Shown: piece after piece, positions 1 through 14,137 of the stretch
How the letters are laid out: each line of letters begins with the position of its first letter
Numbering within the stretch: the stretch's first letter is position 1
Origin: Alphaproteobacteria bacterium
GTDB taxonomy: Bacteria > Pseudomonadota > Alphaproteobacteria > UBA6615
Assembly (NCBI GenBank): GCA_038137215.1
Contig: JAYQBG010000007.1
Location: 41,403 to 105,402 of the forward strand
Direction: 5' to 3'
Length of the DNA: 64,000 nucleotides
Position numbers and translations under genes: made by a program
The notes under the pieces: generated by a model
Database searches by the model: none
Seen by the model: only the letters and a program-made list of their open reading frames with translations
What the model was told of the DNA's origin: nothing

Positions 1-75
1 TTGCGAATTTACTGATTTTCAGTTAATTCGTCTGTTTGTCAGCGAAACAATCATTCCGAAGCACCGCAGCAAAAT

Positions 76-408
76 TCACTGATCTTGCGTGGCGTTCTTT
101 TCCTGCAGGATCACGATTTCGTTCGGATGCGCAAAGTTCAGCATCACCCGTGCGCGCTCCTCGATCATATCCGGATCGAGATTGTCGGGACGCAAAAGCG
201 CAACTCGTGATTCAAGCTCCAGCCGTTCCAGACGGAGAGACGCATGCAGAACCTCGGCCGTCTCAACCTTGGACTGAAGCTGCAGCAAGGACAGAACACC
301 CTGCTGCCCCTGGACCATGTGATAGGAGAAATACGCGAGCAACAATGCCCCGATAATCGGCCAGAGGGCCGAACGGGCGCGGTAGCGGATTTCATCAATT
401 ACAGCCAT
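76..408 (-). CDS. ftsB: Cell division protein FtsB (septum formation initiator, DivIC family)
   Basis: About 110 aa with an N-terminal TM helix and a coiled-coil; lies immediately downstream of eno in the typical alphaproteobacterial arrangement. Confidence 0.7.
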   Translation of the reverse strand: MAVIDEIRYRARSALWPIIGALLLAYFSYHMVQGQQGVLSLLQLQSKVETAEVLHASLRLERLELESRVALLRPDNLDPDMIEERARVMLNFAHPNEIVILQEKNATQDQ

Positions 409-568
409 AACTGCACCGAATCACAGCCCGAGTCGTCAGGTCAAGCAGGGAATGTTGTTTGTTTTCAGTTCTTTGCCCGGAACGGGGAAACTGTTGCAAA
501 CAAGACTCAGAGTTCTCGTTTTGGACTCACGGTTTGCACGGAACAGGCGATCGCGAACGTCCGTCCGG

Positions 569-1879
<1,311 letters not shown>

Positions 1880-2728
1880 TTATTGAATGGCGACCGGGTT
1901 CGCCTTGGCGATCCGGTCGATCTCGAGCAGGGTTTGGAGGATGCCCGGCATATCCGAGAGGTGGATCATGTTGGGACCGTCGCTGGGCGCGTTGTCCGGG
2001 TCTTCATGTGTCTCGATAAAGACCCCGGCAATGCCAATGGCCATGGCCGCGCGCGCCAGGATCGGCGCGAACTCGCGCTGACCGCCGCTGGTATTGCCCT
2101 GTCCGCCGGGCTGTTGCACCGAATGGGTGGCATCAAAGACCACCGGGCAGCCGGTTTGCGCCGCCATGATCGGCAGCGCTCGCATATCGGAGACCAGCGT
2201 GTTGTAGCCGAAGCTGGCACCACGCTCGCAAACAAGCACCTTGTCGTTACCCGCCTCAAATGCCTTGTTGACCACGTTCTTCATGTCCCAGGGTGCGAGG
2301 AACTGGCCCTTCTTGATGTGCAGCGCGAGGCCGGTTTCCGCCGCAGCGACCACCAGATCGGTCTGCCGGCACAGAAACGCAGGGATCTGCAGAACATCGA
2401 CAGCCCCGGCAACGGCGGCACATTGCTCGGGGGCGTGCACATCCGTGATCACCGGAAGGCCAGTGGTTTCACGGATTTCTGCGAAAATCGGCAAGCTTTC
2501 TTCCAGCCCGAGGCCGCGCGCGGTCTTGATCGACGTGCGGTTGGCCTTGTCGAAGCTGGTCTTGTAGATCAGTCCGATGCCCAGCTTGTCGGTCATCTCT
2601 TTCAGCGCCTGGCTCATTTCAAGCCCATGCGCGCGTGATTCCAGCTGGCACGGCCCGGCGATCAGTGTGAACGGCAAATCCTGGCCGATCTCGAGGTCGC
2701 GAACGGTGACATGTCTGCTTTCCGTCAT
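1880..2728 (-). CDS. kdsA: 3-deoxy-8-phosphooctulonate synthase (KDO8P synthase)
   Basis: 282 aa with KdsA-like sequence; conserved kdsA-eno neighbourhood. Confidence 0.92.
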   Translation of the reverse strand: MTESRHVTVRDLEIGQDLPFTLIAGPCQLESRAHGLEMSQALKEMTDKLGIGLIYKTSFDKANRTSIKTARGLGLEESLPIFAEIRETTGLPVITDVHAPEQCAAVAGAVDVLQIPAFLCRQTDLVVAAAETGLALHIKKGQFLAPWDMKNVVNKAFEAGNDKVLVCERGASFGYNTLVSDMRALPIMAAQTGCPVVFDATHSVQQPGGQGNTSGGQREFAPILARAAMAIGIAGVFIETHEDPDNAPSDGPNMIHLSDMPGILQTLLEIDRIAKANPVAIQ

Positions 2729-2731
2729 GGC

Positions 2732-4375
<1,644 letters not shown>

Positions 4376-4503
4376 TCAATTTGATCAGCGTCCGCCAAAC
4401 CGGAATAGTCCACAGCCTGCAAGCCGTTGAGATACCGATACTTGGCGTGAAAAAGGCGGCCCGAAAGGCCGCCTTTGAGGTTCGACTCGGAGGGCACCGT
4501 CGC

Positions 4504-4857
4504 CTATTCCGTGGTCGGAACGGTCGGTGTTTCCGGCAGGGTCGGAACCGGTGTCGTGCTATCGCTCTGCGACGCGGCAGGTGTTTCGTTCACGATGGGC
4601 GTACCACCGCTATGGCTGCCCGCGAGCACCGCCAGAGAGATGCTGGTCGTCATGAAGGCCGCTGCCAGGACAGCCGTGGAACGGGTCAGCAGGTTGGCAG
4701 TCGTACGATTGCCGAGCAGACCGCCCATGCCGCCGCTGGCGCCACCACCGCCACCGCCGCCAAGACCGCCGAGGCCGCCTTCCGAGCGTTGCATCAGAAC
4801 CACGCCCACAAGCGCAATGCCGATCAGCAGATGAATGACCAGGATAATGGTTTCCAT
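4504..4857 (-). CDS. secG: Preprotein translocase subunit SecG
   Basis: METIILVIHLLIGIALVGVVLMQRSEGGGLG followed by a Gly-rich segment; tpiA-secG-pyrG synteny. Confidence 0.85.
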   Translation of the reverse strand: METIILVIHLLIGIALVGVVLMQRSEGGLGGLGGGGGGGASGGMGGLLGNRTTANLLTRSTAVLAAAFMTTSISLAVLAGSHSGGTPIVNETPAASQSDSTTPVPTLPETPTVPTTE

Positions 4858-5009
4858 AATTCCGTCGTCTTTCGGATTTTGAGCCGCAGCTTCAATCAAT
4901 TGCGCGGCTGACCCGCGGGTATTTAGTCGGTTGTGTCACGCAATTCCAGTGCAAATCCGGTCAATGTGACCAAACGCATCTGCGCGCCGATGATCTGTGA
5001 CGAGGTATC

Positions 5010-5777
5010 TCAGTCCTCAGCCGCCCCGGCAATGGCCAGAAAACTGTCTGCGGACAGGCTGGCGCCGCCGATCAGTCCGCCATCGACATTGGCAATGGCC
5101 AGCAACTCTTCGCCATTCTCGGGCTTCATCGAACCGCCATAGAGAATGCGCACACTGGCGGCCTCGTTCCCCATGCCGCCCTCCAGATGCGCGCGGATAT
5201 GGGCATGTGCGGCCAGCACTTCCTCCGATGTCGGCGTCCGCCCAGTTCCGATCGCCCATACCGGCTCATACGCGATCACCGTGTTCGCCCCATTGATGGC
5301 AAACCCACGACCCCCCATCGGGATTGAACCGTCGAGCTGTCCGGCCAGCACATCCAGGGTCTGCCCCGAATCACGCTCTGTCTCGGTCTCGCCGATGCAA
5401 AGGATCGCAACAAGCCCCGCGCCGTGTGCGGCCTTGACCTTGGCGCAAATCCGCTCGTCGGTCTCGCCCAGCCCGTGGCGTCGCTCGGAATGCCCCAGGA
5501 TCACATGAGACGCGCCGGCATCACGTACCATCGATGCGGAAATATCACCAGTAAATGCGCCGCTCTCGGCCTCGTGACAATCCTGGGCCCCCACCGCAAC
5601 GCCGCTGTCGTTCACGATTTCGGAAATCCGGGACACGAGCGTGGCCGGCGGGCAGAGTAACAGATCGCACCCGACATCACCGGCTCCGGCCGCAATGTCG
5701 CGAGCCAGCGCTGTCCCATCGGCGGACAGCATGTTCATTTTCCAGTTCCCGGCGATAAGCTTCTTCAACGCGGCCAT
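5010..5777 (-). CDS. tpiA: Triosephosphate isomerase
   Basis: 255 aa; MAALKKLIAGNWKMN start with TIM motifs. Confidence 0.95.
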   Translation of the reverse strand: MAALKKLIAGNWKMNMLSADGTALARDIAAGAGDVGCDLLLCPPATLVSRISEIVNDSGVAVGAQDCHEAESGAFTGDISASMVRDAGASHVILGHSERRHGLGETDERICAKVKAAHGAGLVAILCIGETETERDSGQTLDVLAGQLDGSIPMGGRGFAINGANTVIAYEPVWAIGTGRTPTSEEVLAAHAHIRAHLEGGMGNEAASVRILYGGSMKPENGEELLAIANVDGGLIGGASLSADSFLAIAGAAED

Positions 5778-5976
5778 ATCTTCACCAAAATGTTGCTTTT
5801 TTTCTGGATTTGCATGTCGTTACAACACACTTATCGTGCTCTAACACACCGGTGTCAGACGCGCCAATAGCGGTTAAATATCTGAACGTGCCGCGTGCTT
5901 GAGGCGCTTCGGGTCGATCACTATGATGCGCCGCTTCGGGCGGCCTCGTCATCCAAACAAGAACGGTAGAAACACA

Positions 5977-7869
5977 ATGCTGTCAGCCTTGAGAAATGCC
6001 TCAAAAAGCTGGGTTATGAAGGGGATTCTGATCCTCCTCGCCGGCACCTTCGTGGTGTTTTTCGGCGGCGACATCGGCGGCGGCGGCGGCCACAGCGGCG
6101 GCGGCAACACGGCATCTGTGCTGGAAGTCGGAGACCAGAACTTCACGATCTTCCAGGTCACCAACGAGTTCAACAACGAGGTACAGCAGGCCAGCGCACG
6201 CGCCGGCGAGCGAATCGATATACAGACCGCGATCAATCTCGGGCTTCTGGACCAGACGGTATCCCGCCTTGCTTCGCAAAGCCTCTTCGATCAGGCAGCT
6301 CAGGACCTCGGTGTCACGGCCTCGATCGATTCTGCCTCCGAGTTCATCCGCAGCCTGCCCCAGTTCCAGGATTCCACCGGACGGTTCAGTCGTGAACAGT
6401 TTCAGGCGGTCCTGGCCCATCAGGGACGCACCGAGGCCGATTTCGTGAACGATGTCCGCCTCGATCTGCTGCGCAAACAATATGTCGGCACGATCCAGAA
6501 CGCGGTTCACGTGCCGAACCCGCTTGGCGAAGCCCTGCATGCCCGCCTGGCCGAACGCCGTGTCGCGGATGTGGTGACGATTCCCGCCGGGACCGTGTCG
6601 TCGGTGGGGCTTCCCGACGAAGCGCAACTCTCGGAATTCTATAACGAGGCCAAGAACGCCTTTGAAACGCCGGAATTCCGAAAGGCCACCCTTGCCACGC
6701 TCGATGTGGAGCGTCTGGCAACGACCATTGCCGTTCCCGAGGAAGACATGCAGATAGAGTATGAAGCGCGCGAACGGGAATTCGTGATTCCGGAGACCCG
6801 CGACGTCGTCCAGGCCAGCCTGCTCTCACGTGACGATGCCGAACGGGCCCTCACTCTGATCCAGAGCGGAAAAACGCTGGCGGAAGCCGCCGAGGAAGTC
6901 TACGGACTGACGCCGGTCGATCTCGGCACGGTCAGCCGTGCCGATATCGCGTTGCCCGAACTGGCCGACGCCGCGTTTTCCCTGACGGCCGGAGAAATCA
7001 GTGCGCCGGTGGAAAGTTCACTGGGCTGGCATCTGGTTCAGGTGTCCAACATCTTTCCCGGACGCACCATCCCCCTGGCCGAAGCACGTGCGGAAATTCG
7101 CGACAATCTCGCCCGCACGGAAGCTGTCGAACGTATTTTTGATGTGCTGAACGACGTGGAAGACGGTCTGGCAGGTGGGGCCTCGCTCGACGAGGTCGCC
7201 CGGGATTCAGATCTGGCCGTCACGCAGATCGACGGCATTGCGCGGACCGGAGAAAGCATCACCGGCAGCCCTGTTGATGATCCGGCCATGACCATTGAGG
7301 TGCTGACACGGCTGTTCGAACTCGACACCCCCGGCAGCACCGAAGTGGTCGAAAACCGGGCCGGCACATTCACGGTGGTCCGACTTGACGAGATCAAGGC
7401 TCCGCGCGTACCCGAACTCGCCGAAATTCGCGAGCAGGTCGTCGAGGCCTGGCAAACCGAACGCGCCAATGCGCAGGCAACGGATATCGCCGAAACCATT
7501 GCCGAGCGGGCGCGAAACGGTGAAAGCCTTGAAACCCTGGCCAATGAATTCGGTGGCAGCTATCAAGGCACCGAACCGTTTGACCGGACAGGCAATGGCG
7601 CCATGATCCCCGATGCGCTGGTGCCCCCTCTCTTTGATGCTGCGGAAGGCGACGTCGTGGCGCAACCGCTCGACAATGGTGCCGCCGTCGCAAAGCTGTC
7701 CCGGATACAGGCCGCCGACCAGAATGCCCCGGAGCGGGAAAATCTCGATCAGGCGATCTCGGGTCAGTTGGCCAATGAAATCGTCAACCAGCTTGCCGCA
7801 GCCCTGCAGCAGGACTTTCCGATTGATGTGGACCGTCAGACCATCATCTCGGCGTTGACCGGCCAGTGA
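5977..7869 (+). CDS. Periplasmic chaperone / peptidyl-prolyl isomerase, PpiD-like (SurA_N domain), with a Gly-rich insert after TM1
   Basis: About 630 aa with an N-terminal TM helix and a rotamase-like region; sits upstream of trpE and is coupled to it, as in other alphaproteobacteria. The ATG at 5977 is preferred. Confidence 0.6.
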   Translation: MLSALRNASKSWVMKGILILLAGTFVVFFGGDIGGGGGHSGGGNTASVLEVGDQNFTIFQVTNEFNNEVQQASARAGERIDIQTAINLGLLDQTVSRLASQSLFDQAAQDLGVTASIDSASEFIRSLPQFQDSTGRFSREQFQAVLAHQGRTEADFVNDVRLDLLRKQYVGTIQNAVHVPNPLGEALHARLAERRVADVVTIPAGTVSSVGLPDEAQLSEFYNEAKNAFETPEFRKATLATLDVERLATTIAVPEEDMQIEYEAREREFVIPETRDVVQASLLSRDDAERALTLIQSGKTLAEAAEEVYGLTPVDLGTVSRADIALPELADAAFSLTAGEISAPVESSLGWHLVQVSNIFPGRTIPLAEARAEIRDNLARTEAVERIFDVLNDVEDGLAGGASLDEVARDSDLAVTQIDGIARTGESITGSPVDDPAMTIEVLTRLFELDTPGSTEVVENRAGTFTVVRLDEIKAPRVPELAEIREQVVEAWQTERANAQATDIAETIAERARNGESLETLANEFGGSYQGTEPFDRTGNGAMIPDALVPPLFDAAEGDVVAQPLDNGAAVAKLSRIQAADQNAPERENLDQAISGQLANEIVNQLAAALQQDFPIDVDRQTIISALTGQ

Positions 7870-9371
7870 GCGCCCTCCCCGACAGCGCAAGGGACGATTT
7901 CACCGCTCGCTATGACAACGGGGAACCCCAGCTTGTCTGGACCGAGTTGGTGGCGGACCTAGAAACCCCGGTTTCGGCCCTTCTGAAGCTCGCCGGAGAC
8001 GAACGCCACAGTATCCTTCTGGAATCGGTCGAAGGCGGCGCGGTGCGGGGGCGCTACTCAATCCTGGCCTATGCACCCGACCTCATCTGGCGCTGTCACG
8101 GTGACGCCGCAGAGATCAACCGCAATGCGGAGACCGATCTCGACAGCTTCGAACCGATACCGGGTAAGAGCCTCGACACGCTGGCCGAACTACTTGCGGA
8201 ATCGCGGATTGACATCCCGCCCGAATTGCCGCCCATGGCGGCCGGGCTGTTCGGCTATTTCAGCTACGACATCGTCCGGCAGGTCGAGACTTTGCCCGAC
8301 GACAATCCCGACACGATCGGTATTCCCGACGCCGTCTATATCCGCCCGACGATCATCGCCGTTTTCGACAATGTTGCCGACAAGGTCACGCTGGTGACAC
8401 CTGTCTGGCCGCGTGACGGTATGGATGCGGAAACGGCTCATGCACAGGCTCAGGCACGGCTAGCCGAAACCGTATCCCGGTTTGACCGGGGCGTGCCGCG
8501 GACAGCCAGTGTACCGGCGGGGTCCGAGGTAGAGCTTGCGCTGACGTCAAACCGCTCCCAGAGCGAGTATCACGCGATGGTCGAGGAAGCGAAGGAGTAC
8601 ATTCGGGCGGGCGAAATCTTTCAGGTGGTCCCGTCTCAGCGGTTTACGGTTCCCTTCGATCTGCCGCCCTCAGCGCTCTACCGCTCACTGCGACGTCTCA
8701 ACCCCTCGCCGTGTCTTTTCGTTCTGAACGTCGGAGACTTCGCACTGGTCGGATCGAGCCCGGAAATACTGGTCCGTCTGCGCGATGACACGGTCACAAT
8801 CCGCCCGATCGCCGGAACCCGGCCGCGTGGCGCAAACGAAGCCGAGGACGAAGCCCTGGCCGAGGATTTGCTGTCGGACCCCAAGGAACTGGCCGAACAC
8901 CTGATGCTGCTGGATCTGGGCCGCAACGATGTCGGTCGTGTCTCGGAAATTGGCACAGTGGATGTCACGGAGGAATTCGTGATCGAGCGGTACAGCCACG
9001 TGATGCACATCGTCTCGAACGTCCAGGGCACCGCGAAACCCGGTGTCGATGCCATCAAGGCGCTGTCAGCCGGTTTTCCGGCCGGAACGGTTTCCGGTGC
9101 GCCGAAAATCCGTGCCATGGAGATCATCGACGAACTCGAATCAGAGCGCCGCAGCTTCTATGCCGGGGCCGTCGGCTATTTCGCCGCCGATGGAAGCATG
9201 GACACCTGCATCACCCTGCGCACAGCCCTGATCAAGGATGAAAAGATGTACATCCAGGCCGGCGGCGGTGTGGTGGCGGATTCCGACCCCGAAGCGGAGT
9301 ATCAGGAAAGCCGTAACAAGGCCCGCGCGCTCATCCGCGCCGCCGAACAGGCACACCGCTTCGTCAATTAG
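7866..9371 (+). CDS. trpE: Anthranilate synthase component I
   Basis: 501 aa TrpE-like sequence; GTG start overlaps the ppiD TGA stop (GTGA). Confidence 0.95.
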   Translation: MSALPDSARDDFTARYDNGEPQLVWTELVADLETPVSALLKLAGDERHSILLESVEGGAVRGRYSILAYAPDLIWRCHGDAAEINRNAETDLDSFEPIPGKSLDTLAELLAESRIDIPPELPPMAAGLFGYFSYDIVRQVETLPDDNPDTIGIPDAVYIRPTIIAVFDNVADKVTLVTPVWPRDGMDAETAHAQAQARLAETVSRFDRGVPRTASVPAGSEVELALTSNRSQSEYHAMVEEAKEYIRAGEIFQVVPSQRFTVPFDLPPSALYRSLRRLNPSPCLFVLNVGDFALVGSSPEILVRLRDDTVTIRPIAGTRPRGANEAEDEALAEDLLSDPKELAEHLMLLDLGRNDVGRVSEIGTVDVTEEFVIERYSHVMHIVSNVQGTAKPGVDAIKALSAGFPAGTVSGAPKIRAMEIIDELESERRSFYAGAVGYFAADGSMDTCITLRTALIKDEKMYIQAGGGVVADSDPEAEYQESRNKARALIRAAEQAHRFVN

Positions 9372-9392
9372 CCTGTCTGCCCGCTTGCCCGG

Positions 9393-10442
9393 CTAACCGC
9401 CAGCTTGGGTCCGCAGCGCGATCGCACTTACGGGCACCAGCATAAAGCCGCGCGACTGCACATCCGGTAGCCATTCCGAAAGCGCGTTGATCGTCGCGTC
9501 CTTGGGATGCCCGATGGCAATGGCGAACCCCTGACGCTCGGCAACCTTCTCCACATCCAGCAGCGCCGCGCGCACGGCAATCGGCGATGGGTCATGATCG
9601 AGGAAAACATCCCGGCGGAGCCCCGGAATTCCGCTCTTCAGGGCCACATCCTGCGCCACCGTTTCACCGGAGGTCCGGCTGTCGAGGAACAGCATGCCGC
9701 GGGCCTTCAGGGCTGCCATGACCGTCCCCATCATCTCCCGGTCCGCTGTCGCCTTGCTGCCCATATGGTTATTGATCCCCACGGAACCCGAAAACTGGGA
9801 CAGGTTCCACGCGATCCGTCGGGCCAGTTCTTCGGGCGAGAGCGCTGTCAGGAGGGCATTCTGCCCGGGATCCGTGGTCGCGCTGCCCGGCTCCATCGGG
9901 ACATGCACGAGCAACTCGTGCCCGGCCGCACGTGCCGCGCCGGTCTGGGTGGCGAGGTCTCCGGCATAGGCCAGATACGCCAGTGTCAGCGGCCCGGGCA
10001 GATCCACCGTGCGCTGGCTGCGTTTGCGGTCCAGCCCCATATCGTCGATCACCACGGCGATCATCGGCTGGCCCGTGACGGCTACAGGGACGGCATTGCG
10101 CTGCCAGGCCGGTTTGGGCGACGGCGGTACCGCGGCCACCTGCGGTGCCGGCGCTGTCTGGGGCGAAACCGGCGGCAATTGCGCAGGAGCGGGCTGTGCC
10201 TGGGGTTGCGGGGCCTTCGGTTTGGGAACGGCCACCGTCGCAGCCGTGCTGCGAGGCGCATCCGGTTTGGGCGTGAACACCACCAGCCCGGCCACAATGA
10301 CGGCAGCCGTCAGCAGCACCCCCAGCGCGACCCGGGCCAGCCGCGCATGCCCGCCGGTTGGCGGCGGCACAGCCTTCTTTTTGCGCGCCTGCTGCGCCCG
10401 CTTGCGGGACTTTGCGGGTTTCTTTTTCGCTGTGCGTGCCAT
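9393..10442 (-). CDS. Divergent polysaccharide deacetylase family protein (YibQ/DUF610-like) with a Pro-rich N-terminal linker
   Basis: The motif PMIAVVIDDMGLD...LLVHVPMEP is typical of the YibQ family; the N-terminus has a TM helix and a P/A/Q-rich stretch. Confidence 0.6.
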   Translation of the reverse strand: MARTAKKKPAKSRKRAQQARKKKAVPPPTGGHARLARVALGVLLTAAVIVAGLVVFTPKPDAPRSTAATVAVPKPKAPQPQAQPAPAQLPPVSPQTAPAPQVAAVPPSPKPAWQRNAVPVAVTGQPMIAVVIDDMGLDRKRSQRTVDLPGPLTLAYLAYAGDLATQTGAARAAGHELLVHVPMEPGSATTDPGQNALLTALSPEELARRIAWNLSQFSGSVGINNHMGSKATADREMMGTVMAALKARGMLFLDSRTSGETVAQDVALKSGIPGLRRDVFLDHDPSPIAVRAALLDVEKVAERQGFAIAIGHPKDATINALSEWLPDVQSRGFMLVPVSAIALRTQAGG

Positions 10443-10706
10443 CGCTGGCGGAACGTCCTTTCCGGAGCCTTCAGATCGAGGGGTCGTGCGGTCGAGGGGT
10501 CGAGGCCGAGTATGGGTTCGATTGGGGCAGGCTTGTGGCAGATTCGGCCAGCCCTTCTACACCCCCTACTGGCATGAACGAACATGGCACCATTCCCATG
10601 TCGCGCGTCTTTGCCGCCCGGGGCAACGCTGTTATAAGACTCCGCCCTTTCCGCTCTGTAATGCGCAGGCGGGGAATGACTTCCGAAAACCGGGTAACCC
10701 GCTGGT

Positions 10707-11336
10707 ATGTTTCTGTTAATCGACAACTATGACAGCTTTACCTACAATCTCGTTCATTTTCTGGGTGAGTTGGGGGTGACCTGTGACGTGCGGCGCAACG
10801 ATGCGCTGACGGCCGATGAGGCCATCGCGCTTGAACCCGAAGCGATCGTGATCTCTCCAGGGCCGTCCAACCCGGACAATGCGGGGGTTTGTCTCGATCT
10901 CGTCCAGAAAGCCGCCGACGTCCGGATGCCAGTGTTGGGTGTCTGCCTGGGCCACCAGACCATCGGACAGGCCTTCGGCGCAAAAATCATCCGTGCCCCC
11001 GAACCCATGCACGGCAAGGTGGACCGGGTCCGTCACAACAGCCAGGGCCCGTTTCGCGGGCTGACGAACCCCCTCGAAGCCACCCGTTACCACTCGCTGG
11101 CGATTGCACGCGACAGCCTGCCGGACTGTTTCGAAGTGACAGCCCACACCTCCGACGATGTGATCATGGGCATCAGCCACACCGAGCTCCCAATTCATGG
11201 TGTCCAGTTCCATCCCGAAAGCATTGCGACGGAAGCCGGACACGAACTGCTGGCAAACTTTATCGAACTCGCGACCGGACAGGCCGTGAGCAGTTACGGT
11301 GACGATACGCGCGCCGGGGAAATGATGGCGCTATGA
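10707..11336 (+). CDS. trpG: Anthranilate synthase component II (glutamine amidotransferase)
   Basis: [24 protein letters not shown]-terminus with a GATase class I catalytic triad region. Confidence 0.9.
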   Translation: MFLLIDNYDSFTYNLVHFLGELGVTCDVRRNDALTADEAIALEPEAIVISPGPSNPDNAGVCLDLVQKAADVRMPVLGVCLGHQTIGQAFGAKIIRAPEPMHGKVDRVRHNSQGPFRGLTNPLEATRYHSLAIARDSLPDCFEVTAHTSDDVIMGISHTELPIHGVQFHPESIATEAGHELLANFIELATGQAVSSYGDDTRAGEMMAL

Positions 11337-12367
11337 ACAGTGCAGACATGAACGATCTCAAGCCCGTGCTCGCTCGGGTCGCCGATGGCGAGACTCTTAA
11401 TGAGACGGAAGCCGAGACGGCCTTCGACATCATCATGTCGGGCAACGCGACCCCGGCCCAGATCGGGGCCTTCCTCATGGCCCTGCGCCTGCGCGGGGAA
11501 ACCGTCGCGGAAATCACCGGCGCGGCGCGCACCATGCGCTCTAAAGTCACCGGGATCGAAGCTCCCGAAGGCGCCATGGACATTGTGGGCACCGGCGGCG
11601 ACGGCAAGGGCACCCTGAACATCTCCACCGCCTCTGCCATTGTCGTGGCGGGTTGCGGCGTACCGGTCGCCAAGCACGGCAACCGGGCGCTCAGTTCCAA
11701 GACCGGCGCGGCGGATGTGCTGACCGCTCTGGGCATCAATGTGGATGCGGATTTCGAGCTGATCCGTGAGTCTCTCTGGGAGAACAATATCGGCTTCATG
11801 ATGGCGCCCCGCCATCACAGCGCCATGCGCAATGTCGCCGGGCCGCGCGTCGAGCTGGGCACCCGGACGATCTTCAACATCCTGGGGCCCCTCTCCAACC
11901 CGTCGCTGGTAAAACGCCAGATGACCGGCGTCTTCGCCCCGCAATGGACCGACACAATGGCCGAAGTGCTTGGAAATCTCGGCCTCGAGCGCGCCTGGGT
12001 GGTGCACGCTCATGACGGCTCGGACGAGCTGACCACCACGGGACCGGCGAAGGTTTCGGAACTTAAAGACGGCAATGTCTCCACCTATGAGGTCGCCCCC
12101 GAAGATGCCGGGCTGGACCGCTGCACGCTCGACGACATCAAGGGCGGCGATTCCGAATACAACGCCAGGGCGCTGCGCGCGATGCTGGACGGCGCGCCGG
12201 GCGGGTTCCGCGATTGCGTTACCCTGACGGCCGCGGGCTCCCTGATGATTGCCGGCAAGACCGACGACCTGAAATCCGGTGTCAAGATCGCCCGGGAGGC
12301 CATCGATTCCGGCGCCGCCCGGGATACGCTGGCGCGTCTGGTCGAAATCACCAACCGGGGGGCCTGA
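11333..12367 (+). CDS. trpD: Anthranilate phosphoribosyltransferase
   Basis: [34 protein letters not shown] motif; ATGA overlap with trpG. Confidence 0.95.
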   Translation: MNSADMNDLKPVLARVADGETLNETEAETAFDIIMSGNATPAQIGAFLMALRLRGETVAEITGAARTMRSKVTGIEAPEGAMDIVGTGGDGKGTLNISTASAIVVAGCGVPVAKHGNRALSSKTGAADVLTALGINVDADFELIRESLWENNIGFMMAPRHHSAMRNVAGPRVELGTRTIFNILGPLSNPSLVKRQMTGVFAPQWTDTMAEVLGNLGLERAWVVHAHDGSDELTTTGPAKVSELKDGNVSTYEVAPEDAGLDRCTLDDIKGGDSEYNARALRAMLDGAPGGFRDCVTLTAAGSLMIAGKTDDLKSGVKIAREAIDSGAARDTLARLVEITNRGA

Positions 12368-12369
12368 CC

Positions 12370-13188
12370 ATGAGTAACGTCCTCGACAAGATCTGTGACG
12401 ACAAGCGCACGCACATCGCGGCCTGCAAGGCAGCGGTATCCCTCGCCGAACTCGAAGCCCGCGCGAACGCCGCCGGGGCGACCCGGGGCTTTGCCCGTGC
12501 GCTGTCCGACCGTGCCGCAGAAGGCCGGTTCGGCCTGATCACCGAAATCAAAAAAGCCAGTCCCAGCAAGGGGTTGATCCGCGAAGACTTCGATCCGCCG
12601 ATGATCGCCCGCGCCTATGAGGCCGGCGGTGCGGCCTGCATGTCGGTGCTCACCGACACGCCGTATTTTCAGGGCAAGGACGAGGACCTGATCGCCGCCC
12701 GCAGCGCGGTCTCCCTGCCCGCCATCCGCAAGGATTTCATGCTGGACACCTATCAGGTGACCGAAGCCCGGGCGCTGGGTGCGGATTGCATCCTGCTGAT
12801 CATGGCCGCGCTGGAAGACGGCCAGGCCGCCGAACTGGCTGCCGCCGCCCATGACTGGGGCATGGATGTGCTGGTCGAGGTACACAACGGCGAAGAACTG
12901 GACCGCGCGCTGAACGTGGACTCCGATCTGATCGGCATCAACAACCGCAATTTGAAGACGCTGGAGGTCGACCTGGCGACCACCGAGGAACTCGCCCCGC
13001 GCGTGCCCGAAGATCGCGTCGTGGTCTGCGAAAGCGGCCTTTTTACCCCCGATGATCTGGTGCGCATGTCCCATGTCGGCGCGCGGTGCTTCCTGATCGG
13101 GGAATCCCTGATGCGCCAGGACGACATCGCCGGTGCCGTGCGCGAGCTTCTGGCGCCCGGCGAAACCGGCCTGAAAGCTAGCGCCTGA
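12370..13188 (+). CDS. trpC: Indole-3-glycerol phosphate synthase
   Basis: 273 aa starting [13 protein letters not shown], an IGPS TIM-barrel; starts 3 nt after the trpD stop. Confidence 0.93.
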   Translation: MSNVLDKICDDKRTHIAACKAAVSLAELEARANAAGATRGFARALSDRAAEGRFGLITEIKKASPSKGLIREDFDPPMIARAYEAGGAACMSVLTDTPYFQGKDEDLIAARSAVSLPAIRKDFMLDTYQVTEARALGADCILLIMAALEDGQAAELAAAAHDWGMDVLVEVHNGEELDRALNVDSDLIGINNRNLKTLEVDLATTEELAPRVPEDRVVVCESGLFTPDDLVRMSHVGARCFLIGESLMRQDDIAGAVRELLAPGETGLKASA

Positions 13189-13190
13189 CC

Positions 13191-13691
13191 ATGAGTGCCA
13201 CGAATTCAGACAAAGGCGACACGCTCACCCACATTGATGCCGACGGCAACGCCCGCATGGTTGATGTGTCCGACAAGGACGTCACCCGGCGCACGGCCAC
13301 CGCGGGATGCAGTGTCATCATGCAGCCCGAAACCGTCACGCTCATCCATGACGGCGCGGTTAAGAAGGGCGATGTTTTGTCCGTTGCGCGGCTCGCCGGC
13401 ATCATGGGCGCAAAGAAAACGTCGGAACTGATCCCGCTCTGCCACCCCCTGCTGATCAACAAGGCCGATGTGGAACTCTCCATCGACGATGCCGCCAATG
13501 CGGTGAGCATCGAGGCCACCGTGCGCGTGGACGGCAAGACCGGCGTCGAGATGGAAGCGCTCACAGCCGCCACAGTGGCAGCACTGACGGTCTATGACAT
13601 GGTCAAAGCCGTCGATCGCGGCACCCGCATCACCGATGTGCGCCTGCTCCACAAGGCGGGCGGCAAGTCCGGCACCTACGACGCGGAATGA
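13191..13691 (+). CDS. moaC: Cyclic pyranopterin monophosphate synthase MoaC
   Basis: 166 aa; MoaC-family sequence. Confidence 0.93.
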   Translation: MSATNSDKGDTLTHIDADGNARMVDVSDKDVTRRTATAGCSVIMQPETVTLIHDGAVKKGDVLSVARLAGIMGAKKTSELIPLCHPLLINKADVELSIDDAANAVSIEATVRVDGKTGVEMEALTAATVAALTVYDMVKAVDRGTRITDVRLLHKAGGKSGTYDAE

Positions 13692-14137
13692 GCCGGTTGG
13701 GCTCAGTAGTCCTGATGCTTCTTGCAGTCGTTGCCGCGCCAGTTGTGTTCCCTATTGCTAAATTAATGCTGATGAGCATCCCCTACAGCAACGTATACAT
13801 CAGGCCTTCTTCGCTCTTTTACATGAAGAGTGCGGTGCTGCTGCTGATTATTGCCGTACCCATATCCACTTGGCTTATCAGGCAACGGGACTTCAACATC
13901 TTCAAACACACCGGCTCAGTTCCTCTCATTTTTGTTCTCTACTCGGCTTTAGAAACTTATTTTTTCCATAATCCACTCAATTTCTATTATGGGCTCCCGG
14001 CAATTCGACACATTAATCATGTCTTTTGGGTTTTTGGTCCCGGAGTTGTCTCTGGCTTGGTGTTCTGGCTCATAGCAGTCGCTCCACATCGACAACTCGA
14101 CCGAGAAAGACAAAGCACAAGGAAAACCGCTCCATGA
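13688..14137 (+). CDS. Hypothetical 4-TM membrane protein X1 (uncharacterised), low-GC paralog of the downstream gene
   Basis: ATGA overlap with the moaC stop and with the X2 start; four hydrophobic helices; C-terminal [13 protein letters not shown] motif shared with X2; about 43% GC versus about 63% background. Confidence 0.6.
   Translation: MSRLGSVVLMLLAVVAAPVVFPIAKLMLMSIPYSNVYIRPSSLFYMKSAVLLLIIAVPISTWLIRQRDFNIFKHTGSVPLIFVLYSALETYFFHNPLNFYYGLPAIRHINHVFWVFGPGVVSGLVFWLIAVAPHRQLDRERQSTRKTAP

Noticed and set aside
1-75. AT-rich left edge as a possible mobile element end
   Set aside because: Only 75 nt of ordinary intergenic DNA downstream of ftsB; no repeats or integrase nearby.
10476-10505. 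Possible CRISPR-like repeat
   Set aside because: Only two and a half copies of an 11-bp unit with a 5-bp spacer, far too short for a CRISPR array; treated as a putative regulator site instead.
10508-10530. tRNA-like T-arm string gggttcgattgggg in the trpG upstream region
   Set aside because: The flanks cannot pair as a T-stem (G opposite G), and I could build no acceptor or anticodon arm around it; no other tRNA signatures were found in any intergenic region.
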